This document shows positions 1 to 9,003 of a stretch of 64,000 nucleotides of DNA, piece by piece. Source of the stretch: a virus; IMG/VR virus record IMGVR_UViG_3300033153_010326, positions 32,001-96,000 of that record. One strand, given 5' to 3'. The position numbers were made by a program, and so were the translations under genes. How positions within the stretch are numbered: position 1 is the first letter of the stretch; every line of letters starts with the position of its first letter. The notes below the pieces were generated by a model. It worked only from the letters and a program-made list of their open reading frames with translations. It was not told where the DNA came from and made no database searches.

Positions 1-246
1 TTAAAAAACATAGAATACCATTTTAAATTTTATAAATACCTTTACACTGTAGAGATAAACAAAAAACATATTTATAATTTAGACATAGACACATTAAAAT
101 TAAAAAATAAATTTAATAACATTAATGATTTATTAATTTATTTAAAAAAAAGATATACTGGAATTTTTTATAGTATAGGTAATTTAAAAATTGCGGTATT
201 ATTTAAAAGTATAAAATACAAAAATAAAGTTTTGAATGTAGCATAA
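1..246 (+). CDS. 3' part of a hypothetical protein, paralog of 40804..41184
   Basis: Frame 1 reads ...KYLYTVEINKKHIYNLDID...FNNINDLLIYLKKRYTGIFY...VLFKSIK, colinear with KYIYIAKVNKKEIYDISKD...FSNIHNLLLHLKTEYLGIKY...VLFKDIK; truncated by the window edge. Confidence 0.7.
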   Translation, partial: LKNIEYHFKFYKYLYTVEINKKHIYNLDIDTLKLKNKFNNINDLLIYLKKRYTGIFYSIGNLKIAVLFKSIKYKNKVLNVA

Positions 247-414
247 CAAAAAGGAGGTGAGTAAAATGAGAAAAATAACTAATTGTAATAATTGCGGGAA
301 GTTTATCAACATTGATAAGGCTTCAATAGATATTAGAAAAAACAAAAAAATAAAAGTCTATTGTAAAAATTATAAATGTGAAAAATAAAAACTTTAACAA
401 TAACCTATAATAGA

Positions 415-744
415 TTGGAGGTGATATTTATGTATAGTTTACAATACATCAACGCAATCAATACCGAAAAAACACAAGAAGCTAAAAAAGCAAAACTACA
501 ACCTTTTATTGCTGAAGTTGATGGAGATATTAGGGTAAACTATTGTCCGTTTTTAGCTAATTATTTGCCTGAGGGGTATGAAATAGTTAATACCTTTTTT
601 GTAGATAGTTCGGGCCTTGGAAGAGAAAACGAATTAGCTTTAACTTTTAAACAATTTTTAACAAAAGTTAAAAGGGGTTTTGGCTATGCAATAGCGGAGG
701 CTGGGCAATTTCAGCTTTACATTAACGAGTATAAAAAGATATAA
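415..744 (+). CDS. hypothetical early phage protein
   Basis: ORF with GGAGGT RBS (real start probably MYSLQ); followed by a terminator hairpin. Confidence 0.75.
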   Translation: MEVIFMYSLQYINAINTEKTQEAKKAKLQPFIAEVDGDIRVNYCPFLANYLPEGYEIVNTFFVDSSGLGRENELALTFKQFLTKVKRGFGYAIAEAGQFQLYINEYKKI

Positions 745-748
745 ATTT

Positions 749-770
749 AAAGGGGCAATTTTGCCCCTTT
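749..770 (+). terminator. intrinsic terminator-like hairpin
   Basis: AAAGGGGCAA-TT-TTGCCCCTTT perfect inverted repeat just after the stop of 415..744. Confidence 0.65.
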
Positions 771-1164
771 GCAATTATCTTATTACAGAGGTATTATACC
801 ATGAAAAGTATAATAGTTTTGATTATTATAGGTATTATAATCTATTGTTATGTAAAGAGGTTATAAGGGAGGTGTTGTTATGTTATGGAGGTTATCAAAG
901 TCAGAAATAATAAAAGCATTGTATAAACTGTATCAAGGCAAGGTAAAGAGTTTTTATTTGCCTAGTGGTTTATACCTTTGGGCTACGCTATACAATGGTG
1001 AGGTTATAACTGTACATGATTATCAGATACCAGGGGCGTTGTAATTGCCTAGTTTTAAGGGGCAAATTAACGAGTTTAGGGCTTGGGGTATACTTTAGGT
1101 CTTACAATTTAAAAAGGTCTTAGAGAGGCTATAACAGGCTATAAAAAATTTTTTCAAAGTAATG

Positions 1165-1278
1165 GATTTAGTAGAAAAAAAAATACTAGGGTATTAAATT
1201 TTGTAGAAAAAAAAAGTTGAGTAGTAAATTTGATAGAAAAAAAAATTCTAAGGCAATAGATTTTATAGAAAAAAGTTT
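1165..1278. repeat. four phased TTT-NN-TAGAAAAAA(A)n repeats
   Basis: TAGAAAAAA near 1172, 1204, 1234 and 1266 (~30-32 bp period) in a non-coding stretch. Confidence 0.6.
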
Positions 1279-1529
1279 ATAAAGTTTTTAAGAAGTAAAC
1301 TTATACAAGAGGTTTAAAAAGTTCTTTCTAAAGTAGTAAAAGAAGAAAACTTGTTTTCAAGGTTTATAAAGTTTTTAGAAACAGAAAAATTTTTGGATTT
1401 TTTTCCAATATGTAATCCCTAAAAACTACTGAGTTTTTTATACAATATGACAATATCGTAAACTGCTAGACTTTTATATAGGTATATATAATATACAAAA
1501 ATTAATAATACAAAAGGTTGATTTTAAAT

Positions 1530-1558
1530 TTGACTTTTTAAAAATAATATGGTAAACT
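1530..1558 (+). promoter_or_regulatory. sigma70-type promoter, extended -10
   Basis: TTGACT-N17-TAAACT with TG upstream of -10; downstream ACTTGATTTAGAAA shared with the promoter at 4225. Confidence 0.75.
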
Positions 1559-1583
1559 TGATTTAGAAAACGGAGGTATTAAA

Positions 1584-1841
1584 ATGAATAATTATAAACC
1601 TACTATTGAACAAGCTATTATAGATTTAAAAGAAATCAAACAACAATGGCAAGAAATAATACTTTCTAAAGATAGTTGGCGAATTGGAGCAATTGATAAA
1701 ATAATTGATGAAATTTCTTCTTATCAAAAACAAATTAAAGTTTTAAAAATAAAATTATCACAAGAACAGGAAAGAATAATTACTTGTTGGTGTGGTAGGA
1801 CTTATCAAATAAACGACTTAGTTGACTTGTCAGATGAATAA
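1584..1841 (+). CDS. hypothetical coiled-coil protein
   Basis: GGAGGT RBS; first ORF after the promoter. Confidence 0.7.
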   Translation: MNNYKPTIEQAIIDLKEIKQQWQEIILSKDSWRIGAIDKIIDEISSYQKQIKVLKIKLSQEQERIITCWCGRTYQINDLVDLSDE

Positions 1842-1895
1842 GGAAGGTATAAAGGGCAAGTTACCCCTGAAATACCCCAACTTGCCTCCCTTCCT
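1841..1895 (+). other. intergenic GC-rich stem-loop
   Basis: AGGAAGG...GGCAAGTT pairs with AACTTGCC...CCTTCCT. Confidence 0.55.
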
Positions 1896-1914
1896 CTAAC
1901 AAAAGGATAATACA

Positions 1915-2310
1915 ATGTTAAGATACCATAAAAAAATATACTTTCCTAAAGATTATATACCTAAATTAAGAAATATGACTGAAATATTAAACTATTCTCA
2001 ATGGCAATATACTGCTCATTGTATAGACCGTATTAAGAATAAAGCATATAATTTACAAGAGGTGTTAAGATTTATTAAAAATATGATATTACAAGTTGAA
2101 AATATATTTGAGTTTTATACCAATAGTTTTAATTTTATTACTAGAATATGCTATCGTATACCTTATAATAAGGATATAGACCTTATATTAATAGTAGGAG
2201 AAGGCAAAAAACTTATAACAATTTATTACAATGCTAGAAGCGATAAGCACTTTACTTTAGATAAAGCCCTATATGAAAAAAAAATTAATAAAACAAAAGA
2301 TAGATTTTAG
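1915..2310 (+). CDS. hypothetical protein, possible BECR/RelE-like RNase fold
   Basis: YTAHCIDR, DLILIV, KLITIYYN pattern resembles DUF4258-type small nucleases; fold call tentative. Confidence 0.5.
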   Translation: MLRYHKKIYFPKDYIPKLRNMTEILNYSQWQYTAHCIDRIKNKAYNLQEVLRFIKNMILQVENIFEFYTNSFNFITRICYRIPYNKDIDLILIVGEGKKLITIYYNARSDKHFTLDKALYEKKINKTKDRF

Positions 2311-2313
2311 ACC

Positions 2314-2341
2314 TTGACAAAATTCAAATATAGAGTATACT
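2314..2341 (+). promoter_or_regulatory. sigma70-type promoter
   Basis: TTGACA-N16-TATACT. Confidence 0.75.
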
Positions 2342-2351
2342 TAGTATTGCC

Positions 2352-2507
2352 TATTGAGAGAGGTATTAAGGTTAATTAAATTGAGGCTCAACTAGAAGCC
2401 TATATAATAAGTATTATAAAATTAGGCGAATGAATTGAAGGTTTTGAACCTTACTTACTTATTCTAGTAGAGATTAAAAATTTCCATATCTCGTATCTCT
2501 CTCAATA
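2352..2507 (+). ncRNA. candidate structured RNA or 5' leader (multibranch)
   Basis: 14-bp closing stem TATTGAGAGAGGTA/TATCTCTCTCAATA enclosing ACTAGAA/TTCTAGT, GCCTA/TAGGC, AAGGTT/AACCTT and GAGAT/ATCTC; begins ~10 nt after the promoter. Confidence 0.55.
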
Positions 2508-2531
2508 TTTTAAAAGAAAGGATAAAATAAA

Positions 2532-2804
2532 ATGTATAAAACCATAGCAGAAGTTAAAATAGCTAATAAAAATAAAGGATATTTTTTCTTTTCTCCTGAT
2601 ACTATGAGATTTTTTAATAGTGAAATTGAAAGCGAAATTATAAAAGGCAAATATTTCATCACTTCTGAAAGAATGAAATTATCAATGCCTAAGTTATATA
2701 CTATAAGAGAAGCAAAAGAAAATGGAAGTATTGATACTGTAGGGAATTTTCAACAATATACAATTAAAATGAACGCCCTTTTATTTATTAAAAATTATTT
2801 ATAA
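2532..2804 (+). CDS. hypothetical early phage protein
   Basis: ORF with AAGGA RBS; FFSPDTMRFFNS/YFITSE motifs. Confidence 0.75.
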   Translation: MYKTIAEVKIANKNKGYFFFSPDTMRFFNSEIESEIIKGKYFITSERMKLSMPKLYTIREAKENGSIDTVGNFQQYTIKMNALLFIKNYL

Positions 2805-2824
2805 TATTAATAAAAGGATAAATC

Positions 2825-3253
2825 ATGAAATATAAAATAAAAACCAATATAGATACTAGGGGTGTAGCCGAAGATAATATTCTTTTAAAAAAATATCCTT
2901 TTTTAAATTTAATTCAAAAATACCAATATGATGAAAATTTATGTATGAATTATGCTTTAAATACTGATGAAGATTTATCATGCACCGAAGCATTTGAAAT
3001 TATTAAACGAGATTATATACAAATACCTTTAGAGATAGCAAAGGAAGAAGATTTAATAGTTTACCATGATTATAATGAAATTGATGATGATGAATTTGTA
3101 GAACATTTTGCAATTATAAAAGAAGTAAATAAAACTTTAGATAGTATTATTATAAGGAGTAAGTGGGGTAGAATGGGCATATATGAAACTAATATATATA
3201 ATGTACCTAATATATATGGCAATAGAATAACTATATGGAGAAAGAAAAAATGA
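2825..3253 (+). CDS. hypothetical protein, possible papain-like Cys-His enzyme
   Basis: LCMNYAL...EHFAII...SKWG...VPNIYG pattern. Confidence 0.5.
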   Translation: MKYKIKTNIDTRGVAEDNILLKKYPFLNLIQKYQYDENLCMNYALNTDEDLSCTEAFEIIKRDYIQIPLEIAKEEDLIVYHDYNEIDDDEFVEHFAIIKEVNKTLDSIIIRSKWGRMGIYETNIYNVPNIYGNRITIWRKKK

Positions 3254-3433
3254 AATCTCAAATTATGTGGGCTTGGTATGATAATGATACAAAGACCTTT
3301 ATGTATATATATATATATATATGAAGCAAAATTTCAAGTTGAAATGTGTTCGCCTGATGGATTTAAATATAAACAGAAAATCGGACAAGGTAAAATAGTA
3401 AAAGTGACTGTTAGTAAATGGAGGGCGAAATGA
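3250..3433 (+). pseudogene. small gene frameshifted by a (TA)n tract, possibly phase variable
   Basis: ATG 3250 overlaps the upstream stop and TGA 3431-3433 overlaps the next ATG; span is 184 nt (3n+1); TA tract 3304-3322 gives a premature TGA at 3322. Confidence 0.65.
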
Positions 3434-3909
3434 AACTAGATAGAGATAAAATAATAGAAGTAGGATTAGTTGAGAAATTTGCAAAATCTAAGTATATTAA
3501 AAATAAATTAACAAAAATTTTTAATTATTATAAAGAAGAATATCAATTAAATACTACATTTGAATATTATAATTATCATAGACACCGTAATTTTTATAAT
3601 ATTACTAAAGATATGATAGGTATATCAGAAGAAGGTATACATCATGATTTAAATCAGTTAGTTTTGTTAGAAGTTAATAAGATAGATAATTTTTTAGATA
3701 TGGCTATTTGGTGTTTATTACACGAAATAAAACATTCTATTCAATATCATTATGATAGAGAAAAAAGTGAAACTTATGATGGATTGTATACAAAAATACT
3801 ATATAGCTTTAATTACACTTTTGAAGAACGAGCTAAAAGATATAGACAAATACCCTTAGAAAAAGAAGCTGATGAATTTGCTAATCAAGAAATTAATAAA
3901 TGGAGATAA
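3430..3909 (+). CDS. HExxH zinc-metallopeptidase-like protein
   Basis: LLHEIKHSIQ plus downstream PLEKEAD. Confidence 0.6.
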   Translation: MKLDRDKIIEVGLVEKFAKSKYIKNKLTKIFNYYKEEYQLNTTFEYYNYHRHRNFYNITKDMIGISEEGIHHDLNQLVLLEVNKIDNFLDMAIWCLLHEIKHSIQYHYDREKSETYDGLYTKILYSFNYTFEERAKRYRQIPLEKEADEFANQEINKWR

Positions 3910-4224
3910 AACTATGACAAAATTTAAAGCAGTATTAGGGCTTATAACTTTATTTGTAGGGGGTTTTATAGTTTTAGGGTTTACTATGTGGCTTGGTTAT
4001 AATACTTGGGTATATATGTGTATTGATTGGATAATTAAGTAATAGAAAGGAGATAAATAAAATGGTAAAAATACATGCTACTTGGTGGATATGGTATAAG
4101 TATTTATTACCTACAAGATTAACTCTTAAATCTAATCCTAGAATACATAGATGGTTATTTTGGGTATGGTAAAAATATTTTTCTTTCTCGTCGGAGTTAA
4201 TAAAGAAAAAGGTAGAAATAGAAT

Positions 4225-4253
4225 TTGACTTTTGTAGGATTGTATGGTATACT
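4225..4253 (+). promoter_or_regulatory. sigma70-type promoter, extended -10
   Basis: TTGACT-N17-TATACT with TG. Confidence 0.8.
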
Positions 4254-4281
4254 TGATTTAGAAATAAAGGAGGAAAATAAG

Positions 4282-4458
4282 ATGAAAATAAACATAGGAT
4301 ATTTTAATGCTGTAAAAGAAAAAGTAAGATTAGAAAGTTATGAATGTGGATTATACGGTCAGATAAAAAATAAATATAGAGTTATATTTTGCAAAGATAG
4401 TAAAGAATTTGTTACTCAAAGAAAATTTAAAAACGGTTGGCTTTGTTTACATAACTAA
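4282..4458 (+). CDS. hypothetical protein
   Basis: AAGGAGG RBS before ATG 4282 (the track's TTG start at 4225 is the -35 box). Confidence 0.65.
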   Translation: MKINIGYFNAVKEKVRLESYECGLYGQIKNKYRVIFCKDSKEFVTQRKFKNGWLCLHN

Positions 4459-4473
4459 TATAGGAATATAATA

Positions 4474-4872
4474 ATGAAAAATAAAATAGGTAAAATACAT
4501 AAAGAAACCTTCATCCGTTGTCAAGGAAATTGTCAAGTGTGTGTTTATAAAGACGGAAATTGTCAACTACAAAAAATTATTAAGAAATATGGATTAGACC
4601 ATATAAGAAATTTGGTATATAATGAAAAAATAGATATACCTGTAAAGATTAAAAGAGGTAGAGGTAGACCTCGCAAGATAAAAACATCATCAGAGGAAAC
4701 CCTAAGACAAGCTAAAGAAACGCTTGGGAAGGGCATACATAGAGGATTTGTATATATTAAATGTATAAGATGTGGAGAAGAAAAAACAATTCATACTCAA
4801 AATAAAGAGCTATATACAGAAGAAATTAAAAAGAATTTTATATGTGTTACTTGTAAAGGAGGAATAAAATGA
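4474..4872 (+). CDS. zinc-finger / AT-hook DNA-binding protein
   Basis: N-terminal Cys cluster, KRGRGRPRK AT-hook, C-terminal CxxC...CxxC. Confidence 0.6.
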   Translation: MKNKIGKIHKETFIRCQGNCQVCVYKDGNCQLQKIIKKYGLDHIRNLVYNEKIDIPVKIKRGRGRPRKIKTSSEETLRQAKETLGKGIHRGFVYIKCIRCGEEKTIHTQNKELYTEEIKKNFICVTCKGGIK

Positions 4873-5054
4873 AAGCTATAGAATTATTGGAATATATATT
4901 ATTTAGATTACCTATCTATAACTTAGAATATTTATCTCTTGAAGATATAGCAAAAGAATTTAAACTATATGATAAATATAAACCTGAAAGCACACAGGAG
5001 GAAATAGCTGAATTTTTATTGCAAAATTTCAGAAAAGGAGGAGAAAATGGCTAA
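4869..5054 (+). CDS. hypothetical protein
   Basis: ATGA overlap, RBS. Confidence 0.6.
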   Translation: MKAIELLEYILFRLPIYNLEYLSLEDIAKEFKLYDKYKPESTQEEIAEFLLQNFRKGGENG

Positions 5055-5204
5055 TAGAGAAGAAAGAATATTAATCGAGGAATTAGTAAAAGATATTGAT
5101 ACAGATATGCAAGACGAAAGTTATCGTAAGTATGCTTCAAGAGAATTAGAAGTATAATAATTAGGAAAAGAATTTTTAACTCAACTATAAAAGGGAGGTT
5201 TAAG

Positions 5205-6008
5205 ATGTGTAAATTTTTTAGTTTAGTATCTAAAGGGAATGGTAAAGCATTATATTTTGATAGTGAGTTAAGGAAAAGGTGTAAGGATGGGGATTTAAAA
5301 GATAGGAATTATGAAGTTGATAGTCATACCTCTATAGCTGATTATTATGGTTATAAAGGTATGATGGAGGATAGATTAAATAAATATGAATATAATCCTT
5401 TAACTAAGAAATTTACTATAGACCAAATAAATACTAAAGATGACTCTGAACAGATAAAGGTATTTTGTAATAGGTTAAATTTTAAGAAGATTATACCTGA
5501 ATTAAATTCACATCCCATTATTAATCCTTTAATAGATATTAAAACTTTAAAGGTTACTAAAAAGGATAAAGAATTATTAAAGGAATGGATAAAGGTTAGG
5601 GATAGTGTTAAGGGTAGTATTGTCGGTAGTGTTAGGGGAAGTGTTGGGGGTAGTGTTAAGGGTAGTATTGGGGGTAGTATTTGGGATAGTATTTGGGGAA
5701 GTATTGGGGATAGTGTTGGGGATAGTGTTTGGGGTAGTGTTGGGGGTAGTGTTTGGGGAAATGTTGGGGGTAGTATTTGGGGTAGTGTTTGGAGTAGTGT
5801 TTGGGATAGTATTAGGAGTAGTGTTTATGCTTATATATCCTCTTTCTTTGATTTAAAACAATACAAGGGTATTAAGCATAAGGAAGGTGTAAATCCTTTT
5901 CAATCTGCTATAGACCTTTGGAATAGAGGTTTAGTACCTGGTTTTGATGGTAAAATTTGGAGATTACATGGTTATAAAGGTAAGGTGTTATATGAAAAGA
6001 AAAGATAA
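5205..6008 (+). CDS. phage protein with S[VI]xx tetrapeptide repeats
   Basis: GGAGG RBS; 19 units of [SN][VI]xx between globular N- and C-terminal parts. Confidence 0.8.
   Translation: MCKFFSLVSKGNGKALYFDSELRKRCKDGDLKDRNYEVDSHTSIADYYGYKGMMEDRLNKYEYNPLTKKFTIDQINTKDDSEQIKVFCNRLNFKKIIPELNSHPIINPLIDIKTLKVTKKDKELLKEWIKVRDSVKGSIVGSVRGSVGGSVKGSIGGSIWDSIWGSIGDSVGDSVWGSVGGSVWGNVGGSIWGSVWSSVWDSIRSSVYAYISSFFDLKQYKGIKHKEGVNPFQSAIDLWNRGLVPGFDGKIWRLHGYKGKVLYEKKR
5604..5831 (+). repeat. 12-bp degenerate tandem repeat (AGT RTT NGG GRT), 19 copies
   Basis: Directly visible; G-rich and almost C-free on the + strand. Confidence 0.9.
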
Positions 6009-6010
6009 TC

Positions 6011-6199
6011 GTGTTTAGGGTTGCTGTCTTAATTACTACTGGAACAACTGGCAAGAGCTTTGATACTAGAGAGCAAGCTGACGAGTGGCTTCTATCTATG
6101 ATGGATAAGCATAATATTAAAAAGTTTAGGATTAAAGATTTAGATATTAATACTGTAATAGAAACAGAACGAGGTCGGAGGGATAAAAAGGAGGAATAA
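6011..6199 (+). CDS. hypothetical protein
   Basis: ORF in operon context. Confidence 0.55.
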   Translation: MFRVAVLITTGTTGKSFDTREQADEWLLSMMDKHNIKKFRIKDLDINTVIETERGRRDKKEE

Positions 6200-6200
6200 A

Positions 6201-6455
6201 ATGGATTTGTATATAATATTTATTCAAAGAAAAGAAAGATATGAAGGACAATATGGAGTAGAAGCAGTTGAAATTGCTGACGAATATACCTATGCTGATA
6301 ATCCTGATTGGTTAAATCATAAATTAGAGGTGTGGCAAGAAGCAGAGGATATTATAAAAGCAGAAATAGTTACTGTAAAAATAAATGAAACAGAAGTGAA
6401 GGAAATTCTTTTTCCTTCTAAAATTTTAAAAGGAGATATAAAAAAGGAGAAATAG
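6201..6455 (+). CDS. hypothetical protein
   Basis: GGAGG RBS. Confidence 0.7.
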   Translation: MDLYIIFIQRKERYEGQYGVEAVEIADEYTYADNPDWLNHKLEVWQEAEDIIKAEIVTVKINETEVKEILFPSKILKGDIKKEK

Positions 6456-7063
6456 AAAATGAAAAAACACTTATTATTTTTTCCTAGTCAAATCAATTTA
6501 TTTTTTCCATCTTATCCCTTTCTTTTAATGTGTAAAAAAACAACTCATAATAGAAATATAGTTACTAATTTGCCTAATAAAACTACTTGTAAACTATGTA
6601 AATGAGCTTTAAAAAAGGAAAGAAAAGTGTTAAATAAACTATTAAAAGAAATAAAAAAATGGAAGGAAATTAATATGAATATAGATGATTTTGTATTTGT
6701 ATTTATAAGTTGTATAGCATTAGGTATATTGGTATTTATTGCTTTAACTTTAAATGATTTGGTAAATTTGTTTAGAGAATGAGTAAACAAGGAGGAATAA
6801 AATGATATTAGAAATAACTACTGGAATAGAAAATTTAACAAAAGAAACATAGATAAAAATTTGGAATTTAATAGAAGAAGGCTTTACAAGTGGAATAGGT
6901 AGTCCTATAGGGATTAATTGGATATTAACAAAGGAAGAATAAAATATGACTAAAAAAATAATCTATATTTCTGATATTCCTATGTTTAAATGCGATACTC
7001 CAAAAAAACGATATAAATTACAAAATCGGCTAAAAAGAATATGGAAAAATATCACTATGAGAA

Positions 7064-7546
7064 TTGTTGGAGATAAATATTATGACTAAAAAACAATTAG
7101 TAAATGAATTAATAAAATATAAAAAACTTTGTTTAGTAGACACTTTAACAAAATTATGGAATAGAAGAAAACTAAATAAAGATGTAGATATATATTTATC
7201 TAAACAACTAAGATATAATACTTGTTATAATATAGTAATGATTGATATTGATAATTTTAAACAGGTGAACGATACTAAAGGGCATTTAGAAGGCGATAAA
7301 GTTTTAATAGCTGTAGCTAACATACTTAAAAATAACATTCGTAAACATGAAGGCTGTTACAGGTTGTCAGGTGATGAATTTATTTTAATAGTAAAAGGAA
7401 ACAATCCTATGGGTGTAATAAAAAGAATAGAAAAAAGATTATCAAAAATTAATATTAGTATAAGTTATGGTATTAGTTTTATACAAGAAGGAGTGTTAGA
7501 TTTCATAGATAGAGAAATGTATAAAAATAAAAGGAGGAAAAAATGA
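7064..7546 (+). CDS. stand-alone GGDEF-domain protein (diguanylate cyclase, SGDEF variant)
   Basis: DTLTKLWNRR, MIDIDNFKQVNDTKGHLEGD, YRLSGDEF, SISYG, MYKNK; likely start MTKKQL at 7082. Confidence 0.92.
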   Translation: MLEINIMTKKQLVNELIKYKKLCLVDTLTKLWNRRKLNKDVDIYLSKQLRYNTCYNIVMIDIDNFKQVNDTKGHLEGDKVLIAVANILKNNIRKHEGCYRLSGDEFILIVKGNNPMGVIKRIEKRLSKINISISYGISFIQEGVLDFIDREMYKNKRRKK

Positions 7547-7767
7547 TTATAGGATATTTTGCTAGAACATTTAATAAAAACCATAAATCTTTATCTACAA
7601 AAACTCATATAGTCCATGATGATAAAATATTATGTGGCTATAAACCTCATAAATCTATGCAGTTTCAATGGTGTGCAAGTGTAAATTCTTTAGAATATTT
7701 AGAATGTGAAAAATTACAAAGTAAAGAAAATTTAAAAATAGGAGAAAAAAATGATAGGTATATGTAA
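7543..7767 (+). CDS. hypothetical protein (His/Cys motifs)
   Basis: ATGA overlap, AGGAGG RBS. Confidence 0.6.
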   Translation: MIIGYFARTFNKNHKSLSTKTHIVHDDKILCGYKPHKSMQFQWCASVNSLEYLECEKLQSKENLKIGEKNDRYM

Positions 7768-7887
7768 ACAATGTGGAAAATGTGAAGATATGACACTTGA
7801 AGAAGCAAAAAGCCCTGGGTGCTTATGTTCTGAATGTTTTAAAAAATATGAGAGTGATGCTTGTGGGAATATAAAAAGGAGAAAATA

Positions 7888-9003
7888 ATGTATGTATTAG
7901 GATTATTTGGTATTATGTTTTTAATTTGGTTTTTTGGATTTTATAAATCTTCTGATAATACAGAAGGAAGTATACAAATAACTTCTGTAACAGATGAAGA
8001 AGCGATTAATCATATAAACGCTTCAAAAGATGAAGCGTTAAAAGTAGAAATTAAAGATAGTAAATTTGACCATACTAGAATTATACCCTATGAAGGAGAA
8101 ACTATAAATCAATTTGAATTTAGACCTCAAACATGGGAACAGTTTATAGGTCAAGAAGAAGCTAAAGCTAGAGCCAAAACTATTATAAAGAAAGTGAAGA
8201 AGAATATTAGAGGACATTTAATTTTAAGTGCTATCAAAGGACATGGTAAAACTACCTTCATAGAACTTTTAGCTAAGAGTATGAGAGCTAGATTGATTAA
8301 AAGGATAGGCAAGCAATTAAATGAAGATAGTTTAATTGATATAATAAACGAAATAAACTCTTGTCCTGAAAAAGAGGTAATATTTTTTATAGATGAAATA
8401 GATACTATGGATTGGAAAATTTTAAAGATTTTAAATCCTATTATAGAACAGTTTGAAATTAATGGAAAGAAAATAAAGCCCTTTGTATTTGCAAGTGCAA
8501 CCATTAACAAGCATACTTTAATTAAAAATAATCCCGATACGCTTGACCGAATTCCACATCATATTCAATTTCATAGATACACTGCTAACGATATAAGTAA
8601 AATTATAACTCAATATAAAAATCATTTATATACTGATGAAAATATCCCTAAAGAAGCTATTGAAGTTATTTCTCATTCTTGTAAATTTAATCCTAGAACT
8701 GCTATAGCATTATTAGAAGATTATATTATAGAAAGAAATATGAATATAGTTTTAAAGAATAATAAGATTATAAGGAATGGTTTAAATGATATTGATATAT
8801 CTGTCCTAAAAATATTAAACAACTCTACAAGGGCTATAGGGGCGAATTCTTTGGCTATGCAAGTAGGTCTATCACAAAATCAATACATAAGAGAATTTGA
8901 ACCTTTTTTAGTAGAATTTGGATATATTGCTCGTATTCCGTCAAGAATAATAACACAACTGGGAAGAATAACATTGGAGAAATTAAATGATAAAATTAAC
9001 TAA
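7888..9003 (+). CDS. ruvB: RuvB-like AAA+ ATPase with N-terminal hydrophobic helix
   Basis: FRPQTWEQFIGQ, Walker A AIKGHGKTT, Walker B FIDEID, IKPFVFASAT, NPRTA, EPFL and a C-terminal winged helix; N-terminus MYVLGLFGIMFLIWFFGFY. Confidence 0.85.
   Translation: MYVLGLFGIMFLIWFFGFYKSSDNTEGSIQITSVTDEEAINHINASKDEALKVEIKDSKFDHTRIIPYEGETINQFEFRPQTWEQFIGQEEAKARAKTIIKKVKKNIRGHLILSAIKGHGKTTFIELLAKSMRARLIKRIGKQLNEDSLIDIINEINSCPEKEVIFFIDEIDTMDWKILKILNPIIEQFEINGKKIKPFVFASATINKHTLIKNNPDTLDRIPHHIQFHRYTANDISKIITQYKNHLYTDENIPKEAIEVISHSCKFNPRTAIALLEDYIIERNMNIVLKNNKIIRNGLNDIDISVLKILNNSTRAIGANSLAMQVGLSQNQYIREFEPFLVEFGYIARIPSRIITQLGRITLEKLNDKIN

Noticed and set aside
5604-5831. CRISPR array or DGR variable region
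   Set aside because: 12-bp in-frame coding repeat without spacers; no cas gene, reverse transcriptase or template repeat in the window
5605-5856. 83-aa alternative-frame ORF
   Set aside because: By-product of the stop-free repeat; no RBS
6459-6782. Genome-wide TGA (or TAG) recoding suggested by an in-frame TGA
   Set aside because: Many genes end in ATGA overlaps or in TAG followed by an RBS, and long conserved genes are intact in code 11; more likely a single nonsense change or two small genes
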